A stretch of 64,000 nt of DNA from assembly GCA_951406725.2 (NCBI GenBank), contig OX597824.1:13082001-13146000 (forward strand), in the 5' to 3' direction. Position numbers and translations under genes: made by a program. Position 1 is the stretch's first letter. Every line of letters begins with the position of its first letter. Positions 13,044 through 27,223 of this stretch are shown here, piece by piece. Under the pieces are notes generated by a model. That model was given only the letters and a program-made list of their open reading frames with translations. It searched no databases and had not been told where the DNA came from. Source of the DNA: Octopus vulgaris. Its lineage: Eukaryota.

Positions 13044-13862
13044 ATTATATCGTCTCATCCTGAACAGAAATAATATCTGTAAGTAGAAAACAGAAATCAA
13101 AAGCTAACAAATACTTTACACAGACATTAAGACATTCTGTAACCATAAAGCAGTAAAGAAATGTCTTATAAATATCTAATAAATATTTGGTGAAGGCTAG
13201 AGAGAAGAAAAAGCAGAAATAAGAAAATAGGGACAAGGAAGCTAGGATATATGAAGCATAGTAAATTGATAGACAACTGCGAAGACGGGGAAAATACTAT
13301 TAAAAACCTAAAGGGGTTTAGAAATTGATATTCAAAGACATTGGAATGAAAAGTTTCTTCATGGCCAATATATGACGATATTGAATTAAGAAAATGTATA
13401 GACAGTGATGTTTCAGACCAAAGGGGTTTTGATTATAGTACAAGATCAAATCCTTTTTATTTAACAGAAAATACTAGAAAATGTAAAATGCAAAAAAAAA
13501 AAAAGCAAGAAAGAAAGAAAGAAGAAAAAATACAAAGTTAACTAATAGAACATTTGGAAGATGCAGACATGGCTGTGTTTCTGGAATTTAGCGCGCCAGA
13601 GCTCAGACATTTGAAAATAACCCCAATGTAATCGGCAGAACTAAGCACGTGTCCAGTTTTATATAGAAAACTGGTGTTTAGTTTTACAAATTATATTGAA
13701 TGTGGAACGATCGTACTGATGAATCTACGAACGAAGGATTACGTAAGTAATTTATTCGGTAAAAGACTTATAACGGAATATTTTAAAGAAACACTCATTA
13801 TCGCTATGGGCTCCGTGTGGGCAGTCATCTAAAAGTTTTTGTTCATCTTGATGCTGACATAA

Positions 13863-13962
13863 GTTCCTTGTTTTTCCTGATGAGAAGGCGGCATAATGCA
13901 CCCCTTATTCCTTCGAAATTAGGAATATGCAGCCTTCAAAACATATGTCGAGAATAAAGGAA
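13863..13962 (+). ncRNA. Type I hammerhead ribozyme motif with one core mutation
   Basis: UUCCUUG UUUUUC CUGAUGA GAAGGC...GCCUUC AAAAC AUAU GUC GAGAA U AAAGGAA; GAAA reads AAAA; extended stems I and II; followed by a short tail and (TA)n. Confidence 0.7.
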
Positions 13963-13995
13963 TTTTGTTAATTCGTCGTTCAACTCCATTCTTTC

Positions 13996-14070
<75 letters not shown>

Positions 14071-14224
14071 AATATAAGATATGGAAATAAAGATATCCAG
14101 AATGTGGGATTTTAAAACGGGACAAATGAATGAAAGAACGAATGAATAAATGAATAGATAAATAGATAAATAAGTAGATTCTTGATAATGAATAATAAAA
14201 TAATGGAATAATAATAAACCTGAT

Positions 14225-14410
14225 AAAACAATGACTTACACATAATCGCAACATACAGAAAACCGCTCTGCTAGGTGCTACGTATGTGTTAGGCAGAAAA
14301 CTCTTCATATAAAAATATTCAATATACAATATACAACAAGAAAAAGTACAAGCTATTGCCCTCGTTTATACGTGAAAACACGCAAAGGCAATAAATCTAG
14401 TGAAATAATC
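14225..14410 (+). mobile_element. R4/Dong-like LINE 3' end fragment
   Basis: NIQKTALLGATYVLGRKL resembles the QKxALLGTAxILR C-terminus of R4/Dong ORFs. Confidence 0.5.
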
Positions 14411-14980
14411 GTTTGTTTATATAAATAGTATTTCTAAATAGCTCATACTGTGCAATTTAATTACGAGTCACAGTAGGGTCTCATTTGTTACAGGATTAGG
14501 CTGAAGAGCGTAGCTACAAAACAACTGGCGTATGCACTATATGAAATTGTTGCTGTAGCTGTTGTTGTTGCTGTTTTTGTTGTTGTTGCTGTTTTTGTTG
14601 TTGTTGCTGTTTTTGTTGTTGTTGTTGTTGTCTATGATTGAGTTTATTAAAAATAATTTACTAGCAGCTAAGATACCTTATAAGGCAATCCATGCATCTT
14701 TCACTAACTTAATAAAACACAATCAGTAGTATAAGAACGATTTGGAAAATCCAATCAAATGACGATTGCATACTTTAGGAAACACACTTATTGCCAAATA
14801 TATATACAAATGCGCGCGCACAGACACACAAACACACACATACACACTCACATACATACACACTCACACATAATTATTTAGGTATTTACTCACACTTTAC
14901 TGTACAAAAATGCATCTGCATACAAATATACAGACGTCTTGCATTTACATATATCACTCTCATTCTTTCACACTCCCACG

Positions 14981-15475
<495 letters not shown>

Positions 15476-15815
15476 ACACATATTTGTATTCCTACTCGCA
15501 TATCTATCGATCATGTACTAGTTTCAGTGCCATAAATCATGCTACCCACACGCTTACACACACTAACACAAGCATACAAACACAGACAGAAAGATAGCCG
15601 CACAAATACACACACACACGCACACACCTACACACTTGTTCACACATACACACATGCACACATACGCGCGCACATATATATATATATATACATATATTCG
15701 AAATGGTACTTTTAAATTGTATTAAATGTTTTCCCTATTTCAGTCTTTTCCACCAGTCAAACTTAGTGCACTATGCATGAACTTCTATGTAATTATATAC
15801 ATGCATATATGCATA

Positions 15816-15862
<47 letters not shown>

Positions 15863-16193
15863 CATATATATATACACACCTACATACATACATAGATACA
15901 TACATACATACATACATACATACGTACATACATACATACATATATACATACATATATATATATATATATATACATATATATATAAATGCATATTATATAT
16001 AATAACTCTATCGGATCATATCGAATATCTGTCAAATCGATTCTTGATTCTTGCTTTTGAAATTATCGGAATATATTAATACATTTTTCTCCCAGTAGAT
16101 TATTACGTAAATTACACTTATCCGCAAAAAAAAAAAAATCCCCAAAAAAACAAAAAGAAACACCACCGCACCAATTCTCCAGCTTAAACTTAC

Positions 16194-16214
16194 TTTCTTA
16201 AAAGAATTCGCCAT
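16194..16214 (-). CDS. Candidate short first coding exon (MANSFKK)
   Basis: aaaATGGCG start context followed after 21 nt by a consensus GTAAGT donor, in non-repetitive sequence; no downstream exon identified. Confidence 0.25.
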
Positions 16215-17311
16215 TTTCCTTCTCTCACACGTTACTAATCTCTATCTCTTAATACATATTTTCCACATGATGCTTTATATATCTCTATAGAATTCTAGTG
16301 ATACGTAAAGAATATCTTAACTATCATCGGCTGCTTGAATTAATTTTCATTACATAATTCGAATTCTTTCATTTTTGAAAGATATTTTGTGTTTCAGCAT
16401 GTTTCTTTTATTTTTCAATTTCCTTTTTCTTTTTATATTTCAAAAATGCCACCCGCCTCTCTCTGTCTCTCTCTCTAAATCAAGATTCACTACAGGAAGT
16501 GGTCTTCAGGTAGTATTCTAATCCATTTTCCTTTCTCTTCAGCTTACATTACATAATGCCAACATTCCAACAGCCCTCCACTTCATCCAACATTATTATC
16601 ATCATCATCATCGTCGTCGTCGTTATCATCACCATATTCTTCTTCCATTTCTTCTTCTTCTTCCTCTTCTCCTCCTCCTCCTCCTCGTCCTCGTCCTCGT
16701 CGTCCTCCTCCTCCTCCTTCTTCTTCTTCTTCTTCTTCCTATTATCATTACCATTATTCTGTATCTCCGTCACTCTCAATCTCCTTAAACCATCTCCCTC
16801 TGTTTCCTTCTCCTCTCCCCACCGTTCCCAACACCGCTCCTCACTCCCCATCTCCCCTCTCTCTCTCTTTCTCTTTCTCCTCACTCACCTCTTCTCTCCC
16901 TCATCCTCTCCCCCCCAATCCCACTCCTCACTCTCCCACTCCAATTCCACGTTTACATTGTCAATTTGACATTGCTCGAGTTTCCACTTTTGTCGGCAAA
17001 TGTCAAGTCAAACCAATATTGATTAACACGTCGTAAAACATACTCAATGGCTTTTGCAAAACGGGAAATAATGTCTCCATTTCCTTTTCTTTATCATAAT
17101 TTATATTTCTTCTATTAACAACGTTTTTGCACTTAATATTCAACAGTTCATCGAAAATTAGTATTAATTCTATTGCACTTCGTTCATTACGTCGTTAGCA
17201 AACCATTCGTTTATTTCTCTTATTATGAATCACACATTCTTTTTATCTTCATCCATACTTTCTGTTTTTCGTATTTTTTTTCCTGTTTCTAAGTACATTC
17301 ATATAAATATC

Positions 17312-17363
<52 letters not shown>

Positions 17364-17514
17364 CATTACATATATGCATGTGTCTATGTGTGCTTTCATA
17401 TATACAGCTAGGAAAACACGTATGCTTGTTTTTGTTTGAAATAAACACTAAATATCTGTGTGTATACGTACGGGCATGTCAATGTGTGTGTGCGTGAGTA
17501 AATATGTACATTAG

Positions 17515-17545
<31 letters not shown>

Positions 17546-17563
17546 CATATGTTTATTTATAAT

Positions 17564-17604
<41 letters not shown>

Positions 17605-17828
17605 TTATGTTTATATATGTATACTTATATAATGCATGTTTGTATGCACGTACGCACACAGAAAAATACTAATATATAGATGCGTGTTCAAATATATACA
17701 CGCTCTCACGGATAGGAAGTCACTTCCTCTCTCCCTCACCCTCATATACACATGCATATATACACACACAAATATATCTATATCAATCAATCACTCAATC
17801 AATCAATCGAGCTATGTATCTTCCTGTC

Positions 17829-17863
<35 letters not shown>

Positions 17864-18490
17864 ACATATGTATACGTATACATATATATCTACCCATGCA
17901 CACACGCACACACATAATATGTATGCAAATTCGTCTACGTACATCTTAACGATATATTTTTGTTAAGTCAGCCATGATTGATTGTGATTTGTTGCTGATA
18001 ATTTGTTCACAAACTCATATAATTTCCTATGTAGACGCATGCGCATACGCACGAACATATACAGGCATGCGCACTCAGTCAAGTATAGATAATTATATTT
18101 TCCTGGCGTTTCCATGCACACTAGCATTACCATCCGTATAATACATACACACACAACGCAATACACACAGACACACACACATGTATTAGAGCGTGAGTAT
18201 ATGTGTATATGATCGCTGTCATTTATTTCATTATCCAATTGGAAAAATAATACAAAAGCTGATAACGATAAAAGAACAAAAATCCCAAATCAAAGCCAAA
18301 GAACAAAAATAGTAAAATGATTGAAGAATTATAACATAGTTACGAATGTTCCCTGTGATTACAATGTCGACTTTGGCAGCGTTTTCTCGTATTGAAATAT
18401 ATACATACAAAACAGACACACTCATACACACACAACACAAGCACACACACACACATACATACACACATGTAATTGCGTACATAGACACTC

Positions 18491-18531
<41 letters not shown>

Positions 18532-18589
18532 TAGGTATATGCTTATATCAATAATTATATATATATACTCATATCTATCTATCTATCTA

Positions 18590-18664
<75 letters not shown>

Positions 18665-18770
18665 GCGTGTCTATATACGCAATTACATGTGTGTATATGT
18701 GTGTGTGTTTGTGTTGTGTGTGTATATATATATACATATATATATACAATATATATATGTGTATATATAT

Positions 18771-18814
<44 letters not shown>

Positions 18815-18865
18815 GAATATATATATACATACATATATACATGTAAATATATATTTGCTGCGTGT

Positions 18866-18908
<43 letters not shown>

Positions 18909-19299
18909 ATATATACATATATATGCAAGGGTGTTGCAATGACACATATTTAGTAGACTGAGGTGATTAGGTCACTGTTCTCCCTGTACGCTTGTACGTT
19001 TTGCGCGCGCACACAAATTTTGCAAACAGCGCACTAAAGAAATCCTTTTGCGCACAAGAGATTAATGTGCGCACTAAAGAAAAAAAAATGTCAGTTGCCT
19101 AATGTGATGTAGTAATTGATAATTATAGTTATCATGCATTCAGTGCACACATACTTTTGTCACGGTGTAAAAGTGAGCACAACATAAATTTTTTTTCGCC
19201 CACTGACTTCTAAATATTAAAGAATCACAGTTTGCGGATAACTTGCAATGAATTATCGATTCCATCTTGGTGGCATATTATCTATCTCTGATTGGATGA

Positions 19300-20170
19300 G
19301 TTCCGTTATTCTCACCTAACACCTGCTCTCTCTTAAGCTCGTTATGGAAAGGAGTTTAGCATACGGTTCTCAATATTTTCGTCAACCACTCCGTTAAATT
19401 ATAACTTCACGTAGATTTATTTGTGATTCGCAGCAGCAAATGTACTTTGGATGAATCCAGAAATTCAAGATCTACAATGCTTTGATCTAAGTAAGTAAGC
19501 AGCCACTGCAATGATAATTGGCATATAAACAAATGTGTATTTTGAGGTCCTGAAATTACAAATTCCTTATGAATTTTCCCAATATACCATTCTCTTGTTT
19601 AGCATTTAGTAAACTGATGTGTTTCAGAGAACGTTTATATATATTACGGTTGCTTGGGTTTAAATTTGGTTCCTAATTTTTAGTACTAGGTGGTACCAAT
19701 TTTTATTTGAAGCATAGGTCATAATCTGTTTTCATTTTTGTTTGCTATTATAAAATCGATCATTCTTTTCTGGATAGCTCTGGGTGCTATATCATGTATC
19801 ATGGTGTTGTGTGGACGCCCCCTAGACGATGAAGTAGGCTAGCCCAATACATAGCTATAGAGGGAGAAGCTTAGACGTCAGGGGCGCAGCTGTGTAGACT
19901 ACGGTAGAGTAGCAGTCGGAGCGGTCAGTAGCAGAGCAGAGTAGTGTTGAATAGTAGAGGCATCCGAACGTGTGACATAATACATGGGAAGGTCATTGTC
20001 TCCGGAACATTCTCTTGCATTTGGCAGTGACATAGCGAATGTCTTCCATTTTGGGTGTGTATAGCTTGCAGTCGTTGTAATGTTTATTCCTTCTATAGTC
20101 CGAGTTTTTCACTTCAAGTAGAATCTCTTCCCAAATTTACTGGTGAAAGTAGTTTTTCGTTCATCAGGAT
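19300..20170 (-). mobile_element. Decayed R4/Dong-like LINE C-terminal fragment
   Basis: Minus strand gives CKLY..MEDIRYVTAKCKRM (zinc-knuckle-like), HDIA and GKFIRN motifs; interrupted at 19795-19984. Confidence 0.45.
19795..19984. mobile_element. Possible short solo-LTR-like insertion
   Basis: GC-richer block bounded by TGTATCATG...CATAATACA (TG..CA inverted ends) splitting a LINE remnant; no clear TSD. Confidence 0.3.
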
Positions 20171-20580
20171 GGAAACATTCAGTCATCATTGATTCTAATG
20201 TAGGCGCAAGACCTGAAATTTGAGGGAAGACAGTAGGTCGATTGCATGGTCTTCAGTCCATCACTGATATATTATTTAATCCTGGAGAGGTAAGAGGTAA
20301 GTGATCAAGGTAACATTTTAATTCAGGTCATAAAGAGCGGAAAAATACCTCTCGACTTTTCTACCAGCGCCCTAACAATTCTATCAATTCACTAATCATA
20401 CGCTCAGTAATAATATAAACGTTTTTTACTGCCGATCTGCATATAAATCCGTAAGGTTTCGCCTCGTAAAGATGAGACCAGTATGTGTTATGCTTCAATC
20501 CACTTACAATATAATATTATTTATCATATGTATGCACCAGACTTCCTCCTATGAGACAACTAGCAAAAAATTACTAGATA

Positions 20581-20639
20581 ATTCCAGATCCCGGATTTCT
20601 GACTTTGCATAAGAAATGCTTTGCCTTCATCAGTGGAAT
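20581..20639 (-). ncRNA. Type I hammerhead ribozyme motif (left arm of inverted pair)
   Basis: AUUCCA CUGAUGA AGGC AAA GCAU uucuu AUGC AAA GUCA GAAAUC CGG GAUC UGGAAU. Confidence 0.7.
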
Positions 20640-20660
20640 ACACTCAGATAGCACATAAAT

Positions 20661-20741
<81 letters not shown>

Positions 20742-20828
20742 AGAGTTTACGGAAAAAACAAAAGACGAAGACAGGTGGTGTACAAAACAAACAGATGTAT
20801 TAGTATAACGCTCAGGAATAGAAAAAGT

Positions 20829-20864
20829 CTTTTACATTTCGAGCCTACGCTCTTCTACAGAAAG
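20829..20864 (-). ncRNA. Minimal hammerhead-like motif (variant core)
   Basis: CUUUCUG UAGAAGA G CGUAGG CUC GAAAU GUA AAAG; core deviates from CUGANGA; lies in a module (20738-20931) that abuts (TA)n. Confidence 0.4.
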
Positions 20865-21167
20865 GGACACAGAAAAATCAAGGAGAGAAACAAGGAGAGA
20901 AAAAAATGTGTGTAGTGGCTAACGATCTATCATGCCGACTATAAATATAAATATATATATATATACACAACACACGGTATACTTACATATACGAACTTAT
21001 ACATATATATGCATGTATACACACGACCATATGCACACGAGTTTTAAGGCGGGCAATTTAAACTGGTCGTGTGCATACGTGCATATCTACATTCGTATAT
21101 GTAAGTATATCGTATGTTGTATATATATATATATATGTATATTTGTATTTCTGTGCTATCTGAGTGT

Positions 21168-21226
21168 ATTCCACTGATGAAGGCAAAGCATTTCTTATGC
21201 AAAGTCAGAAATCCGGTATCTGGAAT
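21168..21226 (+). ncRNA. Type I hammerhead ribozyme motif (right arm of inverted pair)
   Basis: Near-identical to 20581-20639 in opposite orientation; CTGATGA at 21174, GAAA at 21208, AUC triplet, stem I ATTCCA/TGGAAT. Confidence 0.7.
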
Positions 21227-21379
21227 TATCCAGTAATTTTTTGGTAGTTTATTTTGTCCCTTTGTCTTCTCTCCTGGTGCTGTATGAACCTTTAATTTGG
21301 CTTTAGAGTCAATTTTTGACTGCTATTCTAAGCGTGGTGATACCCTAAATTATAATTTATATATATATATATATTTATA

Positions 21380-21410
<31 letters not shown>

Positions 21411-22187
21411 CACAGCGAATGGTGTGTTAAGCAGTGCCGAGTTTTATAATTCTGTAAATAATAATAGCATTTTATAAGCTTAGAGCTTATAGCGAGTACC
21501 ACGCAATGACTAAAGAAAATAGTCTAATAATCGAGAATATAAGCCCTCGACAGAAAAAGTAGGTTTTTCCGTACGCGTGGGACTCGAACCCACATCCTTT
21601 TATTTACGCAACTAAGTGCGTTATATATATATTTTTTGTTTCTTAGTGAAAATTGTGCGAGTGCTAATATAGAAATTTACCATAATGTTGTTATTTAGCC
21701 TCAAATCAACCCTGATACAGCAAACCTATCATCAATGACATTCCAGCTTTCAGAAAAGCGTTTTTTAAGGAATAATGTAGGACATTACGTACAATGGGCG
21801 TGTGATTTAGGTAGGGGGATACATTGGCTGCTTTTTTAGTGTGTCGAGTGACCAGGTAAAGACTCTTTCATTGGTTTGATTGCATGATAAGATTTTTTTT
21901 ACACATATAAATAATATGTATATATATCATCGGCAGAAGTTAGGGAGTAAGTCAAAAGCCGAGAGTTTCGTGTATTGGGACTTATCAAACTCGAATTTGT
22001 CCATTGTGACTCTGTAACTTGTGACGAAATAATTTCTAAAATACAAAATTTTGTCAGAAACGTTAAGAGTAAACCCTGTTGTATGTGACACATTGTACCA
22101 GTACGGGAAGTTTCAAAGTGTTTAGTTAAAAAAAAAAATTAAATAATCTGTATGTCATATTGAATAGATCCGAAATGGATAAATGGT

Positions 22188-22473
22188 AAAGTCGACCTCG
22201 GTAGAATTTGAACTCAAAATGTAAACACAGGCGAAATACCTATTTCTCTATTACCCACAAGGGGCTAAACAGAGAGGGGACAGACAAGGACAGACATAGG
22301 TATTAAGCCGATTACATCGACCCCAGTGCGGAACTGGTACTTAATTTATCGACCCCGAAAGGATCAAAGGCAAAGTCGACCTCGGCGGAATTTGAACTCA
22401 AAATGTAAGTACAGGCGAAATACCACCAGGTATTTGGGCCGGCGTGTTAACGTTTCTGCCAGGTCACCGTCTT
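22188..22473 (-). mobile_element. SINE type A, monomer plus partial second unit
   Basis: Reverse SINE-A with the cctatttct internal junction. Confidence 0.85.
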
Positions 22474-22983
22474 AATATGTAAGTATTCATTTTAGCAATA
22501 TATTCTTTATTCTTATTGCTTAAGCGTTACTTCTTACTTCCTTACTTACTGACATAAAATTTCGTGGAATTTTACTCCATAACTTTTTTTCTACTATGTT
22601 TTGTTCAATGCAACTAACGATTCTGAATTCCTCATGCATTTTTCTATCATTTAAAAAGTTTATGTTAGTTGAAGATGGATGCCTTCCTTATTGCCTACCT
22701 TGATGTCGCAGATATTTTGATGTAACTTTTTTTCTACTGAACCAAATCTCAAACTATTTATGCCAAAGTGTAGCTGAAGAAGTGCCTTCTTTAAAACTGT
22801 CAACAGTTTGCAATTTAGTTGAAAACTGAATTAGTGGTTAAGCTTGGAAGTTTCTGCGGTTGACGAAATGGTGGACGTGGTTGAATGATATAGAGATGCT
22901 CACGCATATACTAATGTATATACGGACTTTTCCTAACACTTACATACATATGCATCTGAACAGACCAATATATTGATTGATGT

Positions 22984-23128
22984 AAGGCGGCGATCTGGCA
23001 GAAACGTCAGCACGCCGGGCGAAATGCTTAGCGGTAGTTCATCTGTCTTTATGTTCTGAGTTCAAATTCTGCTGAAGTCGACTTTGCCTTTCATCCTTTC
23101 GGGGTCGATAAATTAAGTACCAGTTGCC
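22984..23128 (+). mobile_element. SINE type A, 3'-truncated
   Basis: Head and central domain match the other copies. Confidence 0.85.
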
Positions 23129-23634
23129 TACTAAGATCGATCTATTATAATGCTGGGCTCCTTATCTTGATTCTGGAACAGTTGCCCATACCCTATTTCT
23201 CTTTGATGACGGTCTATGTATGTATGTATGTATGTATGTATGTATGTATGTATGTATGTATGTATGTATGTATGTATGTATGTATGTATGTATGCATGTA
23301 TATATGCATGTGCGCATGTATATCCATATATATATATATGTATATAATGTATATATATGTATATGTATATATATTTATATGTATATATGTGTACATATAT
23401 ATCTATGTATATGTACTTATATATATACATACATAATATATATATATGTATATATGCACGTATGTATACATATACTACACATGCATATGTATATACATTA
23501 GTACATTATATATACAGGCATCTATGTGTATGTACATACACATAAATATATATTTATGTGTGTCTGTGTGTGTGTTTGTCTGTCTGTCTGTCTGTATGTA
23601 TGTATGCACCTATGTATGTATGTATTACATGTAT

Positions 23635-25115
23635 ACATGGGGCATGATATTTCAAATCAGTGAGTGAAAGCTTGAAATATAAAAAAAAATGAAAAATTTA
23701 GACAGGTAGTAAATCAATATTTTCTTTTGCATCATCTCTTCCGCGCCCTCAAGTTTCGTATTTTGTTTGTTCGACCGCGTCAAAAAGTCTATGAAAAATA
23801 GATAGGTATTAGACTGTATAACTTAACTGTCAGCCATCAATGCAAAATACGCCACGTGATTGATAGAAATGCAAAACATCTGAAAGCTGTCAAACATACC
23901 CTTTTGGGGTCATTGCTGCATTTCTTACTAACTCTGTATAACCTTTGTTTCAGAAAATAATAATTGTAGCCTCTCAGTTTACTCAAGAAATGAAGAGGCA
24001 TGCTGTTATTGTGGTTATAAAGGTCGAACATAGCGATTTAGCAATATCTCGATTTTTAGAAGTTGCCAGATTTTTCGTGTACAAAGTTTGTAAGGAGCTA
24101 GAGATTGAAGATGGAAAGACATTACTAGTATCAATGCATTAAAAAAAAACACTCTAAATGCTCTGAAATCATCGGAGCGTTCATCCGGTAAATTCAGCAG
24201 GCCATCGATTGCAATCCCAAAATGTCCATGAGGTCAATTGCAAAAGATCTGCATGTGTCAGAAGGAACAGTCAGAAATGTTGTCAACAAAGACATCAAAT
24301 ATAAGTTATATAATGAGGAAAGGTCAATTTGTCAGAAAGAGTAAAATCTAAAAGGCTCTTAGACAAACTGAAGAACCCGGCAGAAGAAGATTTGAATGTT
24401 GCTTTTCTCAAACGAGAAAAACTTCGATCAAGATAAAAAAAAAAGTTAAGAGAAGAAATGACAGATGGCTGTGTGTAAACTCTTCTGAAGTTCCAAGTGT
24501 CATGCATACACAATTTCCTGCAACTGTTATGGTTTTAGGGGTGGTCAGCAATGAAGGATAGGTGATGCCTCCTTACTTCTTTCCACAAGGCCTTAGATTT
24601 AACTCTGCCGCCTACATTGAAGTCTTGGAAATACTTCTTAAGCCATGGATAGGTAGTGTATGCAATGGAAGGCCATATGTGTTTCAGTAAGTCTCTTCAC
24701 TATCACACATGGTTCCAGTAACACAGGAATTGATGGCTGAAAGTTTTCATGATCACATGACCCTTAACATTTGACCTCCTAATATCCCAAATCTCAACCC
24801 ATTGGACTACTACATGTGGAGCGTTGTTGAGAGTGCAGTGAACACGCCAATAACACCAAATATTCTTTGAAAGCCGCGATAGTCTGAGTAATGTCCAAAA
24901 TGAATCAGAACCACTTGATTCGAGCATGTAGATGATTAAGATCTCAAATAGAAGCAGTTGTTGAAGATGAAGGTGGCTTTATCGAATAACATTATAGAAT
25001 AAAGGTTTATTTTTATACTCATAACATTTTTTGATAAATAAAGTTATTATCTGTTATATCTGTTTTTAGTTATATAAACATAAAATCTGTCCTCAAATAT
25101 CTTACGCACCGTGTG
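23635..25115 (+). mobile_element. Decayed Tc1/mariner element (maT/DD37D-like transposase pseudogene)
   Basis: MKRHAVIV.. N-terminus, FPATVMVLGVVSNEG, PPYFFPQGLRFNSAAYIEVLE, GRPYVFQ and PPNIPNLNPLDYYMWSVVE motifs with stops; ends approximate. Confidence 0.8.
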
Positions 25116-25627
25116 TATTTCGTGAAATTGTTCTATGTTACAGCCCTAGATCCATTTTGGCGAAATCTTCCAAAATCGTCTTATTTCTTCGTATACCTTT
25201 CACAACACCGAAAAAGCTGAACATCAAATTTAAATCAAAGTTAAACATAAATTTAGATTTTCTTTTTAGATGGGGTTTATATAAATCAATAAATATCAAA
25301 CAACACAGTAGTCAATGGACGCACACATAGATAAAAATAAATAAGTAAATAAATGAGTAACGGTGTGGCTTGAATATAATAGATCAGATTTGGGGGGCAA
25401 AACAATAATTATAGGTATTAGAGGTATTTCAAATGAATATGACATTGTCACTTTTCTCAAGATTTTTGAAGTTATTAAGTATTACTAGTAATCCCAGTAA
25501 CTTGCTTTTCTATGCACGGCCATAAAAAATTCATCAACATCATCATCTGCTGCTGTTACTGCCGCAGCAACAACATCGTAACTGAGAATGACACCCAAGA
25601 ACGGAGAAAAGACGGTTTCCCGACATG

Positions 25628-26009
25628 TGGAAGCACTCCGTCGATTACGACGACGAGGGTTCCGGTGATCCGATCAACGGAACAGCCTGCTCGTGAAATT
25701 AACGTGTATGTGGCTGAGCACTCCACAGACACGTGTACCCTTAACGCAGTTCTCGGGGATATTCAGCGTGACACAGAGAGTGACAAGGCCGGCCCTTTGA
25801 AATACAGGTACATCAGAAACATGAAGTAAGAGTGAGAGAAAGTTGTGGTGAAAGAGTACAGCAGGGATCACCACCATCCCTGCCGGAACCTCGTGGAGCT
25901 TTAGGTGTTTTCGCTCAATAAACACTCACAACGCCCGGTCTGGGAATCGAAACCGCGATCCTACGACCGCGAGTCCGCTGCCCTAACCACTGGGCCATTG
26001 CGCCTCCAC
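25628..26009 (-). mobile_element. SINE type C
   Basis: Reverse complement of the 12655-13043 element; TSD ttcccga(c/a)atg. Confidence 0.9.
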
Positions 26010-26181
26010 TTCCCGAAATGTAAGAAATAGCTGTTAAATGTTTCTCCCTCAAACGATATGAAATTCCTTTGGCTGGTATCTAATTCTATCGACTCGGAAA
26101 GGTTGAAAGGCAAAGCTGACCTCGGTGGTGGGATTTGAATTCGGAATGTTAAGAGGTAGAAGTAGAACAAAGAATTTTAAT

Positions 26182-26596
26182 TATGTCTTTACTGCCCACA
26201 GGGGGCTGAACATAGAGGGAACACACAAAGACAGACAGTGGTATTAAGTAGATTACATCCACTCCAGTGCATAACTGGTACTTATTTAATCGACCCCGGA
26301 AAGATGAAAGGCAAAGTCGACCTCGGCGGAATTTGAACTCAGAACGTAACGGCAGACGAAATACCTATTTCTTTACTACCCACAAGGGGCTAAACACAGA
26401 GAGGACAAACAAGGACAGACAAACGAATTATGTCGATTATATTGAACCCAGTGCGTAACTGGTACTTATTTAATGGATCCGGAAAGGATCAAGGCAAAGT
26501 CGACCTCGGCGGAATTTGAACTCAGAACGAAGCGGCAGACGAAATACCGCTAATCATTTCGCCCGGCGTGCTAACGTTTCTGCCAGCTCGCCGCCT
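26182..26596 (-). mobile_element. SINE type A dimer
   Basis: Two body-tail units; 19-bp TSD tagaacaaagaattttaat at 26163 and 26597. Confidence 0.92.
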
Positions 26597-26896
26597 TAGA
26601 ACAAAGAATTTTAATACCAACCTTTCAACCTCAACTACAACTATAATTGTTTTCAATATAAACAATTTTGATGGGATGTGGATTATTAGTTTATCATAAA
26701 ATTCTAGTACTTCTAGACTAACATTCTATGTTTTATCTAATCCGAAAATGTGTAAGGCAAAGTCGATTGCGGCTGGATTTGAACTCAGAACGTTAACGGC
26801 CGCATGTTTTTCTAACACTCAAACGATTTTGCCAAACGTCTATTCTAAGCTACAATTAAGAGAACAAGAATCATGTTGTAAAAGCGACGATATCAT

Positions 26897-27223
26897 GGAA
26901 GCACTCCATCGGTTACGACGACGAGGGTTCCGGTTGATCCGATCAACGGAACAGCCTGCTCGTGAAATTAACGTGCAGGTGGCTGAGCACTCCACAGACA
27001 CGTGTACCCTTAACGTAGTTCTCGGGGATATTCAACGTGACACAGAGTGTGACAAGGCCGGCCCCTTGAAATACAGGTACAACTCATCTTTGCCAGCTGA
27101 GTGGACTGGAGAAACGTGAAATAAAGTGTCTTGCTCAAGGACACAACGCATCGCCGGGAATCGAACTCACGACCTTACAATCGTCAGCCGAATGCCCTAA
27201 CCACTAAGCCATGCGCCTTCACT
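26897..27223 (-). mobile_element. Chimeric SINE: CORE-like head D plus R tail
   Basis: Head with gtgtccttgagcaagacactttatttcacg joined at gagt|tgtacctg to the type C tail; TSD gacgatatcat. Confidence 0.85.

Noticed and set aside
18973-19231. Possible hAT-type MITE
   Set aside because: Termini too degenerate and no TSD could be confirmed
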